33,896 nt of DNA, taken from IMG/VR virus record IMGVR_UViG_3300042519_000236, positions 1 through 33,896 of that record; one strand, 5' to 3'. The translations under genes and the position numbers were made by a program. The notes beneath the pieces were generated by a model, which saw nothing but the letters and a program-made list of their open reading frames with translations, searched no databases and was not told where the DNA came from. Positions 20,162-29,029 of this stretch are shown here, one piece after another (position 1 is the stretch's first letter; each line of letters begins with the position of its first letter). The DNA comes from a virus. Its lineage: Duplodnaviria; Caudoviricetes.

Positions 20162-20684
20162 GTTTATATGAATCAAATAATTTAGTAGTGTAAAATGTTA
20201 TAGCATCGGTGCATGTATAAGGTATAACAACTTCATGCTGTAAATCTACATAGGTAAAAGATCTAGACCAATAAGGTACATAAGGATTATTTGATGCACA
20301 CGCAACTATTATACATTCTTTTTTAGAATAAAACTGATCTAACTCCCACCATACAAGAGTAGAGGGCTGAATACTAACAGTTATAGTTTTATTTGCAATG
20401 TCCTGTTGAACAGTTAACTCTGCAGAATCAATTTGTTTAATTTCAATTAGTCGATTCTTAATATTATTAATATCAGAGTTATTAGAGTGCTTTAGTTTTA
20501 AAAAACCTTCTCGAATAGGACCAGATCGAACCACAGCATAATACTTGATTATTTTTTCTTGTCCTAGAAATATCTTTTCTGCAATAGGATCATTTGTTTC
20601 AAAGTAGTATTGATCTTTTGCAGGATCAATCTTATAGGACATGCCTAGTAGATTACCATTCTCTGGATTATAGTATACAATCAT
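20142..20684 (-). CDS. Hypothetical protein
   Basis: ATGA-coupled ORF in operon. Confidence 0.7.
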   Translation of the reverse strand: MIVYYNPENGNLLGMSYKIDPAKDQYYFETNDPIAEKIFLGQEKIIKYYAVVRSGPIREGFLKLKHSNNSDINNIKNRLIEIKQIDSAELTVQQDIANKTITVSIQPSTLVWWELDQFYSKKECIIVACASNNPYVPYWSRSFTYVDLQHEVVIPYTCTDAITFYTTKLFDSYKHEVKPI

Positions 20685-21457
20685 ACAAAATCCTTTTTAA
20701 CATAATGCAATATTCCAGTCTGAAGGTGCGAGTTTAATCGCAGTCCATCTGCTGACCAGTGAGAATTAACAACCGCTGTCCACTCATCAACTCCGCTTCT
20801 CCATCCTTGTATTTTTCCTTTCATATGAGTAAATGTTGGAAATTGTTCTTTACTAGTAACTTCTGCGTTTATCCCCATGATATCAACAGCAATGGCCATT
20901 GCAAGATCAATGGACGGAGATTTCTGTATATAATCTGGAGTATATCTATAGACCCATGTGTCCCAATTTAGCACAATCTGTTTTACTAATGCAAAGAACT
21001 CAGCAGTTAACTGAGTCTTTTTAAAATATGTAAACGCAGAATATACATTAGGCAGCTTATGAGTTGTAAAGGCATATCGATACGGATTATTTGTTCCTAT
21101 CCATTCTCCTCTATATGTTTTCACTTTGTCAGTTAATAATAATTCATATTTTTCTAAATGTGCCCACCAATGACTGACATCCGATAAGAATAACATATCG
21201 CTATCTAATATAACTGTTTCGTTATAAGGTGTAAGATCATAGAACTGAACACGGTTTTCAATTTTCCACTTAGAGGTAGATGCAAGATCTACCGGTAGTC
21301 TGATTACTTGATCAAATAAACTATGATCAACTTCTTGATCTGTAATTACACTTAGTCGACTAACACAGGACTGAGTAGAAGATATACTGCGGGCTAGTGC
21401 TTCTGCCTGTCTGGCATATTGTTCGCCTTGTGCCATAACTAGATAACCTTTAGTCAT
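20681..21457 (-). CDS. GT8-like glycosyltransferase
   Basis: YDLTPYNETVILDSDMLF (DxD); FTHMKG. Confidence 0.75.
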   Translation of the reverse strand: MTKGYLVMAQGEQYARQAEALARSISSTQSCVSRLSVITDQEVDHSLFDQVIRLPVDLASTSKWKIENRVQFYDLTPYNETVILDSDMLFLSDVSHWWAHLEKYELLLTDKVKTYRGEWIGTNNPYRYAFTTHKLPNVYSAFTYFKKTQLTAEFFALVKQIVLNWDTWVYRYTPDYIQKSPSIDLAMAIAVDIMGINAEVTSKEQFPTFTHMKGKIQGWRSGVDEWTAVVNSHWSADGLRLNSHLQTGILHYVKKDFV

Positions 21458-22257
21458 ACTAGTTCCTTATTAATTTGTTCCAATAGATCAAACTTATTGA
21501 ACACATGTACGTCTGTAGTAACCTTGCATAATCCCGAAGGTGTTAAAAATTTAACAGCGTCAGCTGACATATCTAACAATCTATCTTCAAAATTACTGTG
21601 TAATAGATTGTAAGGTATTGTATTAGCTGAATGATTTAAAGTATGCAGTGCAATACTCCAAATAAAGTCATTTCGGATTGGCCTGGATGGAAGTTCATAA
21701 ACATAACTGAGCCAACTGTAATTTGACTTGCACCACTTGCAGGTATTAAAAAATATCTCAGTAGATTCAGTTTTTTTGAAATAGAAAACTGTAGCCCAAT
21801 AGAATTTAATGCTGCGATCGCTTATCCATTTAAATTCTTCCGGAGTTTGGCCATAAAGATCACTACTGCGGTCGCATACTACAAAGTCATGCTCAGATCC
21901 CCATAACTTAGACAATGCCGATGTTTGAATCACAATATCTGTATCCATGACTATGGTTTCATCGTAAGGTGTAAGTGCATAGGCATCTATACGATCTAAG
22001 TTATGGAAAGTCAGTTGATTAGAAGCATCGCCGTATCTCTTAGTCTGTGTAGACTGGCTGTCTTGTAATATAACTTTATCAAATACTGAACGCCAGGTTG
22101 GATTGGTGCTATCAAGACTATTTGTAGTAGCTGAGTCTGTAACTAATGTTACATCAACGGCTAAATGTTTAGCTATTCTAGTAGCACACCAATAGGCCAT
22201 GAGCCCGTAATCTACTTGCTCATTATTGTGTGCAAAAAGTAATACACCTTTGCTCAT
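21454..22257 (-). CDS. GT8-like glycosyltransferase (paralogue of 20681..21457)
   Basis: YALTPYDETIVMDTDIV; FYFKKT; RND; HVFNK. Confidence 0.75.
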   Translation of the reverse strand: MSKGVLLFAHNNEQVDYGLMAYWCATRIAKHLAVDVTLVTDSATTNSLDSTNPTWRSVFDKVILQDSQSTQTKRYGDASNQLTFHNLDRIDAYALTPYDETIVMDTDIVIQTSALSKLWGSEHDFVVCDRSSDLYGQTPEEFKWISDRSIKFYWATVFYFKKTESTEIFFNTCKWCKSNYSWLSYVYELPSRPIRNDFIWSIALHTLNHSANTIPYNLLHSNFEDRLLDMSADAVKFLTPSGLCKVTTDVHVFNKFDLLEQINKELV

Positions 22258-22592
22258 AGATCAGTTAGGGTTTTGACACTGCGTTGGCGACGTAGTTGCT
22301 GATATGCATCACCATACTTGGCCAATGCTTCTTTGTAGGCAGCTGCTGCTAATTGATAAAGATTTTCAGGGTCGGCTACTACCACAGGATTACCGTTCAT
22401 GTCTAATACCCAGATTGATGTTGTATCAAAACCCCCTAGCCATTCTTGTGTGACTTTAAACAGGCCGCCATTGTGAGCCACAACAGTGTCTGTTTCAAAC
22501 TGTTCTTTTAACAGTCGACGTTGTTGATTGAGAGTTGTTTGGTATTGGGCAAAACTCAGTGCCGCTTCTAATTGTTGATCAAGTGTTTCCAT
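22254..22592 (-). CDS. Hypothetical protein
   Basis: First gene of the enzyme operon; helical, 112 aa. Confidence 0.75.
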   Translation of the reverse strand: METLDQQLEAALSFAQYQTTLNQQRRLLKEQFETDTVVAHNGGLFKVTQEWLGGFDTTSIWVLDMNGNPVVVADPENLYQLAAAAYKEALAKYGDAYQQLRRQRSVKTLTDL

Positions 22593-22637
22593 ACAGCTAA
22601 TTATCTTAAAAATTAGCCAGGTGTAACTGATCTTGAA

Positions 22638-24254
22638 TTAGCTGAGTGTTCCGTTAGTGGTAAATGTATGGTAATATCTGCCGCCAGAGGTAGTTACTGT
22701 GCCGCCACTAAACAACGGGCTTCCGCTTGAGTAAGAAACAACGACAACACCGCTACCTCCGTCACCACTATAGGTAGAACCGCTGCTTGACCCACCACCT
22801 CCGCCACCGCCACCGGTGTTAGGAGTTCCTGCAACACCGGCTACATTAGATCCACCTGCACCGCCACCGCCTAAGCCGCCTGGTTGATTAGTGGAGTAAT
22901 CAGCACCTCCACCGCCACCACCGCCGTAGACTACTGTAGTAACGGGCCAGGCACGGCCATTGGCACCAGCACCACTGCCGCCAGGAATATCATCCGATCC
23001 GCCGCCGCCACCACCTGGATAACCACCTGGTTGGTTATATGAACCGCCAGTACCGCCAACCTGTCCTGTTACCCATCCATCTGTTGTGTAAATACCAGCG
23101 TTACCACCAATAGCACTATATCCGCCGCCTTGTGTAAACCCGCCAGTGCCGCCAAAACTAACAAAACCTGCAATTGACGAGTTCCCACCGCTGCCCCCCT
23201 GTCCCGGTGTAGGATAAGGGACGCCTATACCGCCTGCACCTACCACAACCGGATATGAAAGTCCAGCTTGCAGTGTTGTAGAAAACGAGCTAACGCCACC
23301 ACCGCCACCGCCGCCGCCACCGCCACCAATTGGGTCGGGCCATCCTGTACCGCCTGCACCGCCACCGCCCACAATTAATAAATCAACGACAACAGGAGTT
23401 GTGCTTTCGAATGCCGTAACCGGAGTAGCAACTATACTTGGTGAAACAATAGCATCAAAACTGCTATATCTAGTGATACTAGCATATACATCAGTATCGA
23501 CGTTTTCGTCTACAGGCAGTCCCGGAGTTGGACTAGCATTTTGTTGGTCACCGCTGTCAACATCACTAATAATAACAGAAATATCTAATTGTGTGTCGGA
23601 GACTTTGGTGCATACAATTCTTGCATAGTTTTCTGAATAGACTGCATTATTTCCGTACTCGTATACATCAATGTTAGTAGGAGTGACCCAATTTGCTCTA
23701 GTGTATGTCTGTGTAGGAATTGCATTTAAAATATTGTCACGCCAATCAATATCTTTACTACTAACAGCGTTAGATCCGCTAAGATCAATAACAAAATATC
23801 CGCCTAAATTGAACCAATGATTAGCCACATCGGAACTGGTCCAGGTGTAAGTCATTTTGTATGTGCGTGTACCGTTCCATGCTACAGTTATCGAGTCCGA
23901 GTCAACATTAAATGTTAACTGTGCCGCATTTGCTGTGGCCTTGTTGGTTTCGCAATAATCAGCAGCCACCTTATAAGCATTGGCATCACCTGCAAGGATA
24001 ATGTCTTGAGGATCAACATCAAGAATAGTACTGTCGGCGTTGGTAATATGTTTGTAACACTTGTTGATATCTTGACGCAATAGGTCCCACTGCGATGCAG
24101 CAATCACAGGAAGAAGTGATAGTTGACTACTCAACATAGTCTTCCCGTAGTAAGTACTCAACACTCCAGCAATGGTAGATTGAATAGTGTTATAGTCACC
24201 TTGATATATAATGTCAAGGGTAGCTGTTTTTGGAAAGACTCCTGAGCCGGCCAT
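22638..24254 (-). CDS. Virion/tail-associated protein with glycine-rich C-terminal domain
   Basis: VDLLIVGGGGAGG...GGGGGGGV...NTGGGGGG...GGSGVVVVSY...HTFTTNGTL; TATAAATA late promoter upstream. Confidence 0.78.
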   Translation of the reverse strand: MAGSGVFPKTATLDIIYQGDYNTIQSTIAGVLSTYYGKTMLSSQLSLLPVIAASQWDLLRQDINKCYKHITNADSTILDVDPQDIILAGDANAYKVAADYCETNKATANAAQLTFNVDSDSITVAWNGTRTYKMTYTWTSSDVANHWFNLGGYFVIDLSGSNAVSSKDIDWRDNILNAIPTQTYTRANWVTPTNIDVYEYGNNAVYSENYARIVCTKVSDTQLDISVIISDVDSGDQQNASPTPGLPVDENVDTDVYASITRYSSFDAIVSPSIVATPVTAFESTTPVVVDLLIVGGGGAGGTGWPDPIGGGGGGGGGGGVSSFSTTLQAGLSYPVVVGAGGIGVPYPTPGQGGSGGNSSIAGFVSFGGTGGFTQGGGYSAIGGNAGIYTTDGWVTGQVGGTGGSYNQPGGYPGGGGGGSDDIPGGSGAGANGRAWPVTTVVYGGGGGGGADYSTNQPGGLGGGGAGGSNVAGVAGTPNTGGGGGGGGSSSGSTYSGDGGSGVVVVSYSSGSPLFSGGTVTTSGGRYYHTFTTNGTLS

Positions 24255-24284
24255 AGATAAATTCCTAAATTAAATGTAACTTGT

Positions 24285-24292
24285 TATTTATA
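24285..24292 (-). promoter_or_regulatory. T4-type late promoter TATAAATA
   Basis: Exact consensus upstream of the glycine-rich gene, followed by an AGGA RBS. Confidence 0.65.
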
Positions 24293-24294
24293 AT

Positions 24295-25041
24295 TTAATT
24301 TTGTACTAGGTCGTGTCCAAACGCAAATGCACCAATATGTGTTAGCTGGCGACTTAGAATATCATCTACTTGAATTTTATAGCCTGCTTCGCGAGCAGCA
24401 GTACAGAAATTGATGTCCTCACCTAGATAATCTTGCGACTCCGGGGCCCACGTTACAGGAAAGTAAGGATGCTGCAATTTGTCAAATACTGTGATATCAG
24501 TCAGCATACAGCCCATACCCATTGCTGCTACTTCTATTAATTCTTTGTTAATAGGAGTATCTTTGTTGTGTTTGAGGAACTGGTCCCAGTTTCCGCCAAT
24601 TTCAGTATAGGCCACAGTTTTGTAAGGCATCTGTCGAGTAACATAGTTACCCGCCACAATAGGTTGATCGTGATCTAACAGTTTATATGCTGCATAGAAC
24701 GGAAAGCTCATGTCCGAGTCTAGCCATAGGATATGAGTAGCTGCCCAACTACGAGCAGCACTGACCAGACTTTCACGCTGATTTTGTAGTAAAGTACCCA
24801 TATTGTAGAATACCTTGGTGTCGATACCCTTGTTCCAATTATAGTTCAAGAGACTGTGCAGGTTGTGACTGAACACTGAGTGCATCATTTCCTTACAGGG
24901 TACACATACAGCCAATCGAATTTCTTTATCTGATACAGGCTTTGACTCACGTGTTTCCACGGGCATATCAGGTTGGTCTGCCTTAACTGTGGGAGTATGG
25001 GGCTGTGGCGGAGTCTTAAGGGCTTTCTTAAGTAAGCTCAT
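24295..25041 (-). CDS. GT2-like glycosyltransferase
   Basis: ATHILWLDSDM; GMGCML; GEDINFC; HIG. Confidence 0.8.
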   Translation of the reverse strand: MSLLKKALKTPPQPHTPTVKADQPDMPVETRESKPVSDKEIRLAVCVPCKEMMHSVFSHNLHSLLNYNWNKGIDTKVFYNMGTLLQNQRESLVSAARSWAATHILWLDSDMSFPFYAAYKLLDHDQPIVAGNYVTRQMPYKTVAYTEIGGNWDQFLKHNKDTPINKELIEVAAMGMGCMLTDITVFDKLQHPYFPVTWAPESQDYLGEDINFCTAAREAGYKIQVDDILSRQLTHIGAFAFGHDLVQN

Positions 25042-25544
25042 CGTGGCATACCCTCTGGCATAGTGGCATAACCCTGAGACATTTCTACTTCTTTAGAAGT
25101 AGTGCTGATCACATAGCTGATGCTGCCGCAAGTTTCAGCAAATTTTCGATAGCCCTCTTCACTGAGTAACACGGCACGAGTCATTACTTCTTTGCTGACT
25201 TTACCCTGGCTCATTAGATCCACAGCAGCTTCACGACCTAAGCGTTCGGCCCAGTAGTCAGCTTCTTGATCTTCGATAGTGGCCAGCATTGCTGCCAGTT
25301 CTGATTCTGTGTGTTTATTCAGCCAGTCATCTAGTTGAGCTGCTTCGTTGACCAGATCAGTACGTAGGCTGTCTTGTGCAGTGTGGCCGAGTAATTCGTG
25401 TAGTTGTCTGCGGCGTGCTAATACTGCCTGGGCAGCACGGCCCTTAAATTCACCGTGTTCTTCTAGAACAAAATTAACGAATTCCCAGCGGCTTTGTTTG
25501 GTGCATTGACTCGATAATAGTCGAGTCACAATTGTCATATCCAT
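25038..25544 (-). CDS. Hypothetical protein
   Basis: AAGGAG RBS and TAAATA (25565-25570) upstream. Confidence 0.78.
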   Translation of the reverse strand: MDMTIVTRLLSSQCTKQSRWEFVNFVLEEHGEFKGRAAQAVLARRRQLHELLGHTAQDSLRTDLVNEAAQLDDWLNKHTESELAAMLATIEDQEADYWAERLGREAAVDLMSQGKVSKEVMTRAVLLSEEGYRKFAETCGSISYVISTTSKEVEMSQGYATMPEGMPR

Positions 25545-25602
25545 GGACGGAGTCTCCTTTAGCGTATTTAACGCCCAAGTTAACTAGGGGATAAGTTTTT
25601 GA

Positions 25603-25791
25603 TTAGTAAGTTCCGGGATAGTAGCGGCCGGCAAATGAACTGCTGAGTCCCACGTTGCTGGCACCGCCACCGTAGTAGGTCCAGCAAGGTGAGTATAGGC
25701 CAACTTGGGTGCCTAGGCCGTAGCCATACAGAGCTCTGGCTACTCTGCCCAACTCACTGGTGTTACCTGTTCCTGCAAAAAATCCTGCCAT
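25603..25791 (-). CDS. Small Gly/Tyr-rich late protein (62 aa)
   Basis: GGGAG RBS and TAAATA (25807-25812) upstream. Confidence 0.78.
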   Translation of the reverse strand: MAGFFAGTGNTSELGRVARALYGYGLGTQVGLYSPCWTYYGGGASNVGLSSSFAGRYYPGTY

Positions 25792-25828
25792 TATTATCTC
25801 CCTGCATATTTACCAAATAAATATCTGT

Positions 25829-25978
25829 ATGGATACAAAAAATCAAACTCATTTGCTAATGTTACGTAGCAATCTAGCCGAACTGCAACTAGCATACAAT
25901 CAAGAGCCCAGTGCAGAGTTGTTGAGCAATATATTTCAACTGCAAGTGGCTATTCAAGAGCTAGAGCAGAGCCAGTGA
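25829..25978 (+). CDS. Small helical-hairpin protein (49 aa; start revised to MDTKNQ)
   Basis: TAAATA 25818-25823 lies 5 nt upstream of ATG; heptad-like Leu pattern. Confidence 0.55.
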   Translation: MDTKNQTHLLMLRSNLAELQLAYNQEPSAELLSNIFQLQVAIQELEQSQ

Positions 25979-27435
25979 CGCTGCCTAGTCAGCTCGGGTA
26001 AATCCCACTGCTGGCTAATCTGCTTGATGGTCTGGGTAGTCAACGCCGACTCGGGTATGCCCAGATTAATGAACCTGTTAAATGCAAAGCCCGCTACCCT
26101 ATGCTGATCAGCATGATGGAATATCTTCTCCGCAGCCCGATAGCTGTCCAGATAGGCCTGGGTCAGGCTCATACCCGTATTGCTGTTGGTCCACTCTTGT
26201 TCACGGGGGTCTAGCCACAGATACCCATACTTTTCAGCGTCAGCATCAAATAGGCTTAGGGTATTGTTTTCACTCCAGAACTTACGCCATGCAGGGCGTA
26301 TGATGTTCAGTGATTCTATGCTGACACTGTGTAGGGGGCATTGATCGCTCACAGCCCAGTCTGCTAGTTCGGCACCTGAGGACTCTGGTCGATCCCAGGG
26401 CAGGCCCAATATGAATCCTGAATGCAGGCCCACGCCGGGCCAATGCTGGGTTCGCAACTCTGCAATAAAGTCAATGGTACGCTGGGGGTCACGGGCCTTG
26501 CCAATTATGGGGCCATTACGGGGGTTCAGGCTCTCTATGCCAAACATGGCGTTTTCAATGCCCAGGTTCCGTAACAACTGTATCTGTTCAGGGTGGCTTT
26601 CCAATAGGTCCACACGTATGTATGCAGAGAACTTGACTCTGAACTTGAGGTCTTTCACAGCCAGCCATATGCTTTCTAGTTTTTCTGTGCTTTCGTTAAA
26701 TGTGTCATCTGCCAGTGTATAGCGTGTAGTACCCCACTGAGCATAGTTGGCTTCTAGCTCTGCCCTAATACACTGGGGGTCACGTAGATAATCGTTCTTG
26801 GCACGGCCATTCAAGCTGAACCTACAGAATGCACACTTGAAGCGGCACCCTCTGCTGATCTCTAGAGGTAGGGCTTCACCCTGAGTCACACCTCGCCATG
26901 TGTGTACACGACTTTTGAACAGCACGTTATGATTGCCCTCTATGATGCGATTAGTATGGGTCCAAAGGGGATTCCGTCCAGCTAGATGATCTGTCCAGGC
27001 TACGATGCTTTCGTCACTGTGATTTTTAAACACCCACCAGCCCAGTCGAGTCCATACTCCCGAGAAGTAACCACCGGCCGCAAACTGGCACTTGGGGCTC
27101 ACTGTGCGTACACGAGCCATGAACTGCATGATCTGCCGCCAATCCGATTTCAGGGTCATGAGTCCGAACAGGCCCCTAACGGCAAATGTGGTACTGACAC
27201 CCACCCACAGTGTATCCTGGTCCAATAGGGGTTCTACCCGTGCCCACAGCTGATCCCAGGTCATGTAGCTCATATTGACCACTTCAGTGCTGTAGCCCTG
27301 TGCGGCCAATGCACTGCTGATCAGATAGGGTCCCAGGCTCTTTTGATAGCCCGCATTTAATGCTCTGCTGATCTCATTGTCACGATCTGTCCAACTGTGA
27401 TCTGACCATAAGATCACACACTGAGTTTTAGGCAT
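25954..27435 (-). CDS. B12-binding-domain radical SAM protein (start revised to MPKTQC)
   Basis: LGPYLISSAL...WVGVST...AGG B12-domain-like N-terminus; EISRGCRFKCAFC; DDTF; FGIES; GFILGLP; ATGCCTAA overlap with the HAD gene stop. Confidence 0.88.
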   Translation of the reverse strand: MPKTQCVILWSDHSWTDRDNEISRALNAGYQKSLGPYLISSALAAQGYSTEVVNMSYMTWDQLWARVEPLLDQDTLWVGVSTTFAVRGLFGLMTLKSDWRQIMQFMARVRTVSPKCQFAAGGYFSGVWTRLGWWVFKNHSDESIVAWTDHLAGRNPLWTHTNRIIEGNHNVLFKSRVHTWRGVTQGEALPLEISRGCRFKCAFCRFSLNGRAKNDYLRDPQCIRAELEANYAQWGTTRYTLADDTFNESTEKLESIWLAVKDLKFRVKFSAYIRVDLLESHPEQIQLLRNLGIENAMFGIESLNPRNGPIIGKARDPQRTIDFIAELRTQHWPGVGLHSGFILGLPWDRPESSGAELADWAVSDQCPLHSVSIESLNIIRPAWRKFWSENNTLSLFDADAEKYGYLWLDPREQEWTNSNTGMSLTQAYLDSYRAAEKIFHHADQHRVAGFAFNRFINLGIPESALTTQTIKQISQQWDLPELTRQRHWLCSSS

Positions 27436-28108
27436 ATTGTGTTCGCAATATTTCCCAAGTGTCTGTCCACGATGACACAGTGTGAACTGTTTGGGCCTGT
27501 TGACTGATGGTATAGTCATTGCCCCCGGGCTGTGTCTGATCTCCAAAGAACACAATGCCCCGAATATCTGTACAGATCTGACTCTTGTCCCGGCCCTGTG
27601 GGTATATGTCAATGCCCGTTTCACCTGCTACTGTGGCTGCAAGTTCGGGATACTGAGTTTCTATTAGCACTGCCAGTCGGCGGCGTTCCTGTACAGATCG
27701 ATCCCAAGCTGAATATAGAGCACGTTGAGCTGGGTCAGCACCACGCCCCACAGTGCTAAAGTTGGTCAATGCACCACGATCTTCTATGTGCTGTCCAGTG
27801 CGTATGGGCCACTGCGATGCTGCCAACAGTCCTTCTAAGAACCCCCGCTGAGCGGGCAGTAAGGTAAACTCCTGCGAGTATTCTTGAACACCACTTCGAT
27901 GCAGTTGATTCGCGGCACAGTTATACACACCCGTAACTGACTCACAGAGATCCTTTCCAACCTGCTCCAAAGTCTTGGCGTAATCAGATCCAGTGACCAG
28001 ATACACGGGCTTGTGCCTAATCCACGTCTTAAACCACAGCTTAAACTCGGGATCCATCTGACCTCTCGACGGTGTTAATGTACCGTCAACATCAAAAACA
28101 AAATTCAT
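27428..28108 (-). CDS. HAD-IIB hydrolase, eukaryotic phosphomannomutase-like
   Basis: FDVDGTLT; VTGSD; IEDRGALTNFS; GRDK; FFGDQTQPGGND. Confidence 0.88.
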   Translation of the reverse strand: MNFVFDVDGTLTPSRGQMDPEFKLWFKTWIRHKPVYLVTGSDYAKTLEQVGKDLCESVTGVYNCAANQLHRSGVQEYSQEFTLLPAQRGFLEGLLAASQWPIRTGQHIEDRGALTNFSTVGRGADPAQRALYSAWDRSVQERRRLAVLIETQYPELAATVAGETGIDIYPQGRDKSQICTDIRGIVFFGDQTQPGGNDYTISQQAQTVHTVSSWTDTWEILRTQYA

Positions 28109-28144
28109 ATATAGTTCTCTCTCAATAAGTTCAGATAGTTATCA

Positions 28145-28360
28145 TTAACTCTTAGACTTAGGCTTGAGTTCCGGATGTATAGTATATTTGATCCTGTTGT
28201 AGTTATAACTGTCAGCATCTGCCAGATCAGTTAATAATCTCAAAAGAACTCCCATCTGATAGCACAACTGCACTGATCGTTCGGAGTCAGCATATTGAGT
28301 CTGTACTAGTAGACTATATGTGTATGCTAATAACTCTTGTTGAAATTCCGCTCGATTCAT
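28145..28360 (-). CDS. Hypothetical protein
   Basis: TAAATA (28370-28375) just upstream. Confidence 0.65.
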   Translation of the reverse strand: MNRAEFQQELLAYTYSLLVQTQYADSERSVQLCYQMGVLLRLLTDLADADSYNYNRIKYTIHPELKPKSKS

Positions 28361-28798
28361 ATGTACAGATATTTAAGTCAAACACTGTGTATAACTGACT
28401 GTGCGTATAACACTGATCTAGTCACTGTGCTGAACTTGAATACTATATACAAGAACCTTAGCTATAGTATATATACACTAGACCCCGTTGTAAAGACCGA
28501 TGGCAGAACTGTGGGGGTCAATCCAGAAATTGTTGGGCACAGTGAGTAACCAAAGAAAACAATATCTACAGTGGGGTATCCTTTGGTCTACAGTGAGAAT
28601 TGTGAGATTAGAGTTGGCACCATTCTAACTATACCTCTCAGCCCCGCCGCCATTCTAAAAAATTCTAGCTTAAATCACAGTGGAAAAACCATAGTTTTCC
28701 GCCTGAAAAACTCCAAAACCACACCAAAACTCCACCGTTTCTTCACCATTTTGCCACCGAATCACCACCGATCTGTTGCGGTTCTGCCACGGTAACCA

Positions 28799-28827
28799 TT
28801 GACAAAACCAAGACCCCGTTGTATAAT
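28799..28827 (+). promoter_or_regulatory. sigma70-type early promoter
   Basis: TTGACA-17 nt-TATAAT. Confidence 0.9.
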
Positions 28828-28865
28828 ATACTATATACACTAAGTAGAATCGAAAGGATAACACA

Positions 28866-28991
28866 ATGGGACAGATACTTAAGAGCTTCTTCATAGGCTT
28901 CTTCGCAGTGTTCTTTTATAAGAGCCATGTGTACAAGCAGCGTGATCGTGATCGTTGGATGGAAGAGATCGCACGTAACACTCGCAAGTAA
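28866..28991 (+). CDS. Small protein with hydrophobic N-terminus (41 aa; not in ORF track)
   Basis: MGQILKSFFIGFFAVFFYKSHVYKQRDRDRWMEEIARNTRK; AAAGGA RBS; directly behind a consensus promoter. Confidence 0.7.
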   Translation: MGQILKSFFIGFFAVFFYKSHVYKQRDRDRWMEEIARNTRK

Positions 28992-29029
28992 TATATACAC
29001 AAAGACCCCGTTGTAATAGATTGAAAATA

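Noticed and set aside
27436-27624. N-terminal extension of the B12 radical SAM ORF
   Set aside because: Overlaps the HAD gene in another frame; ATG 27435 gives a normal coupled start
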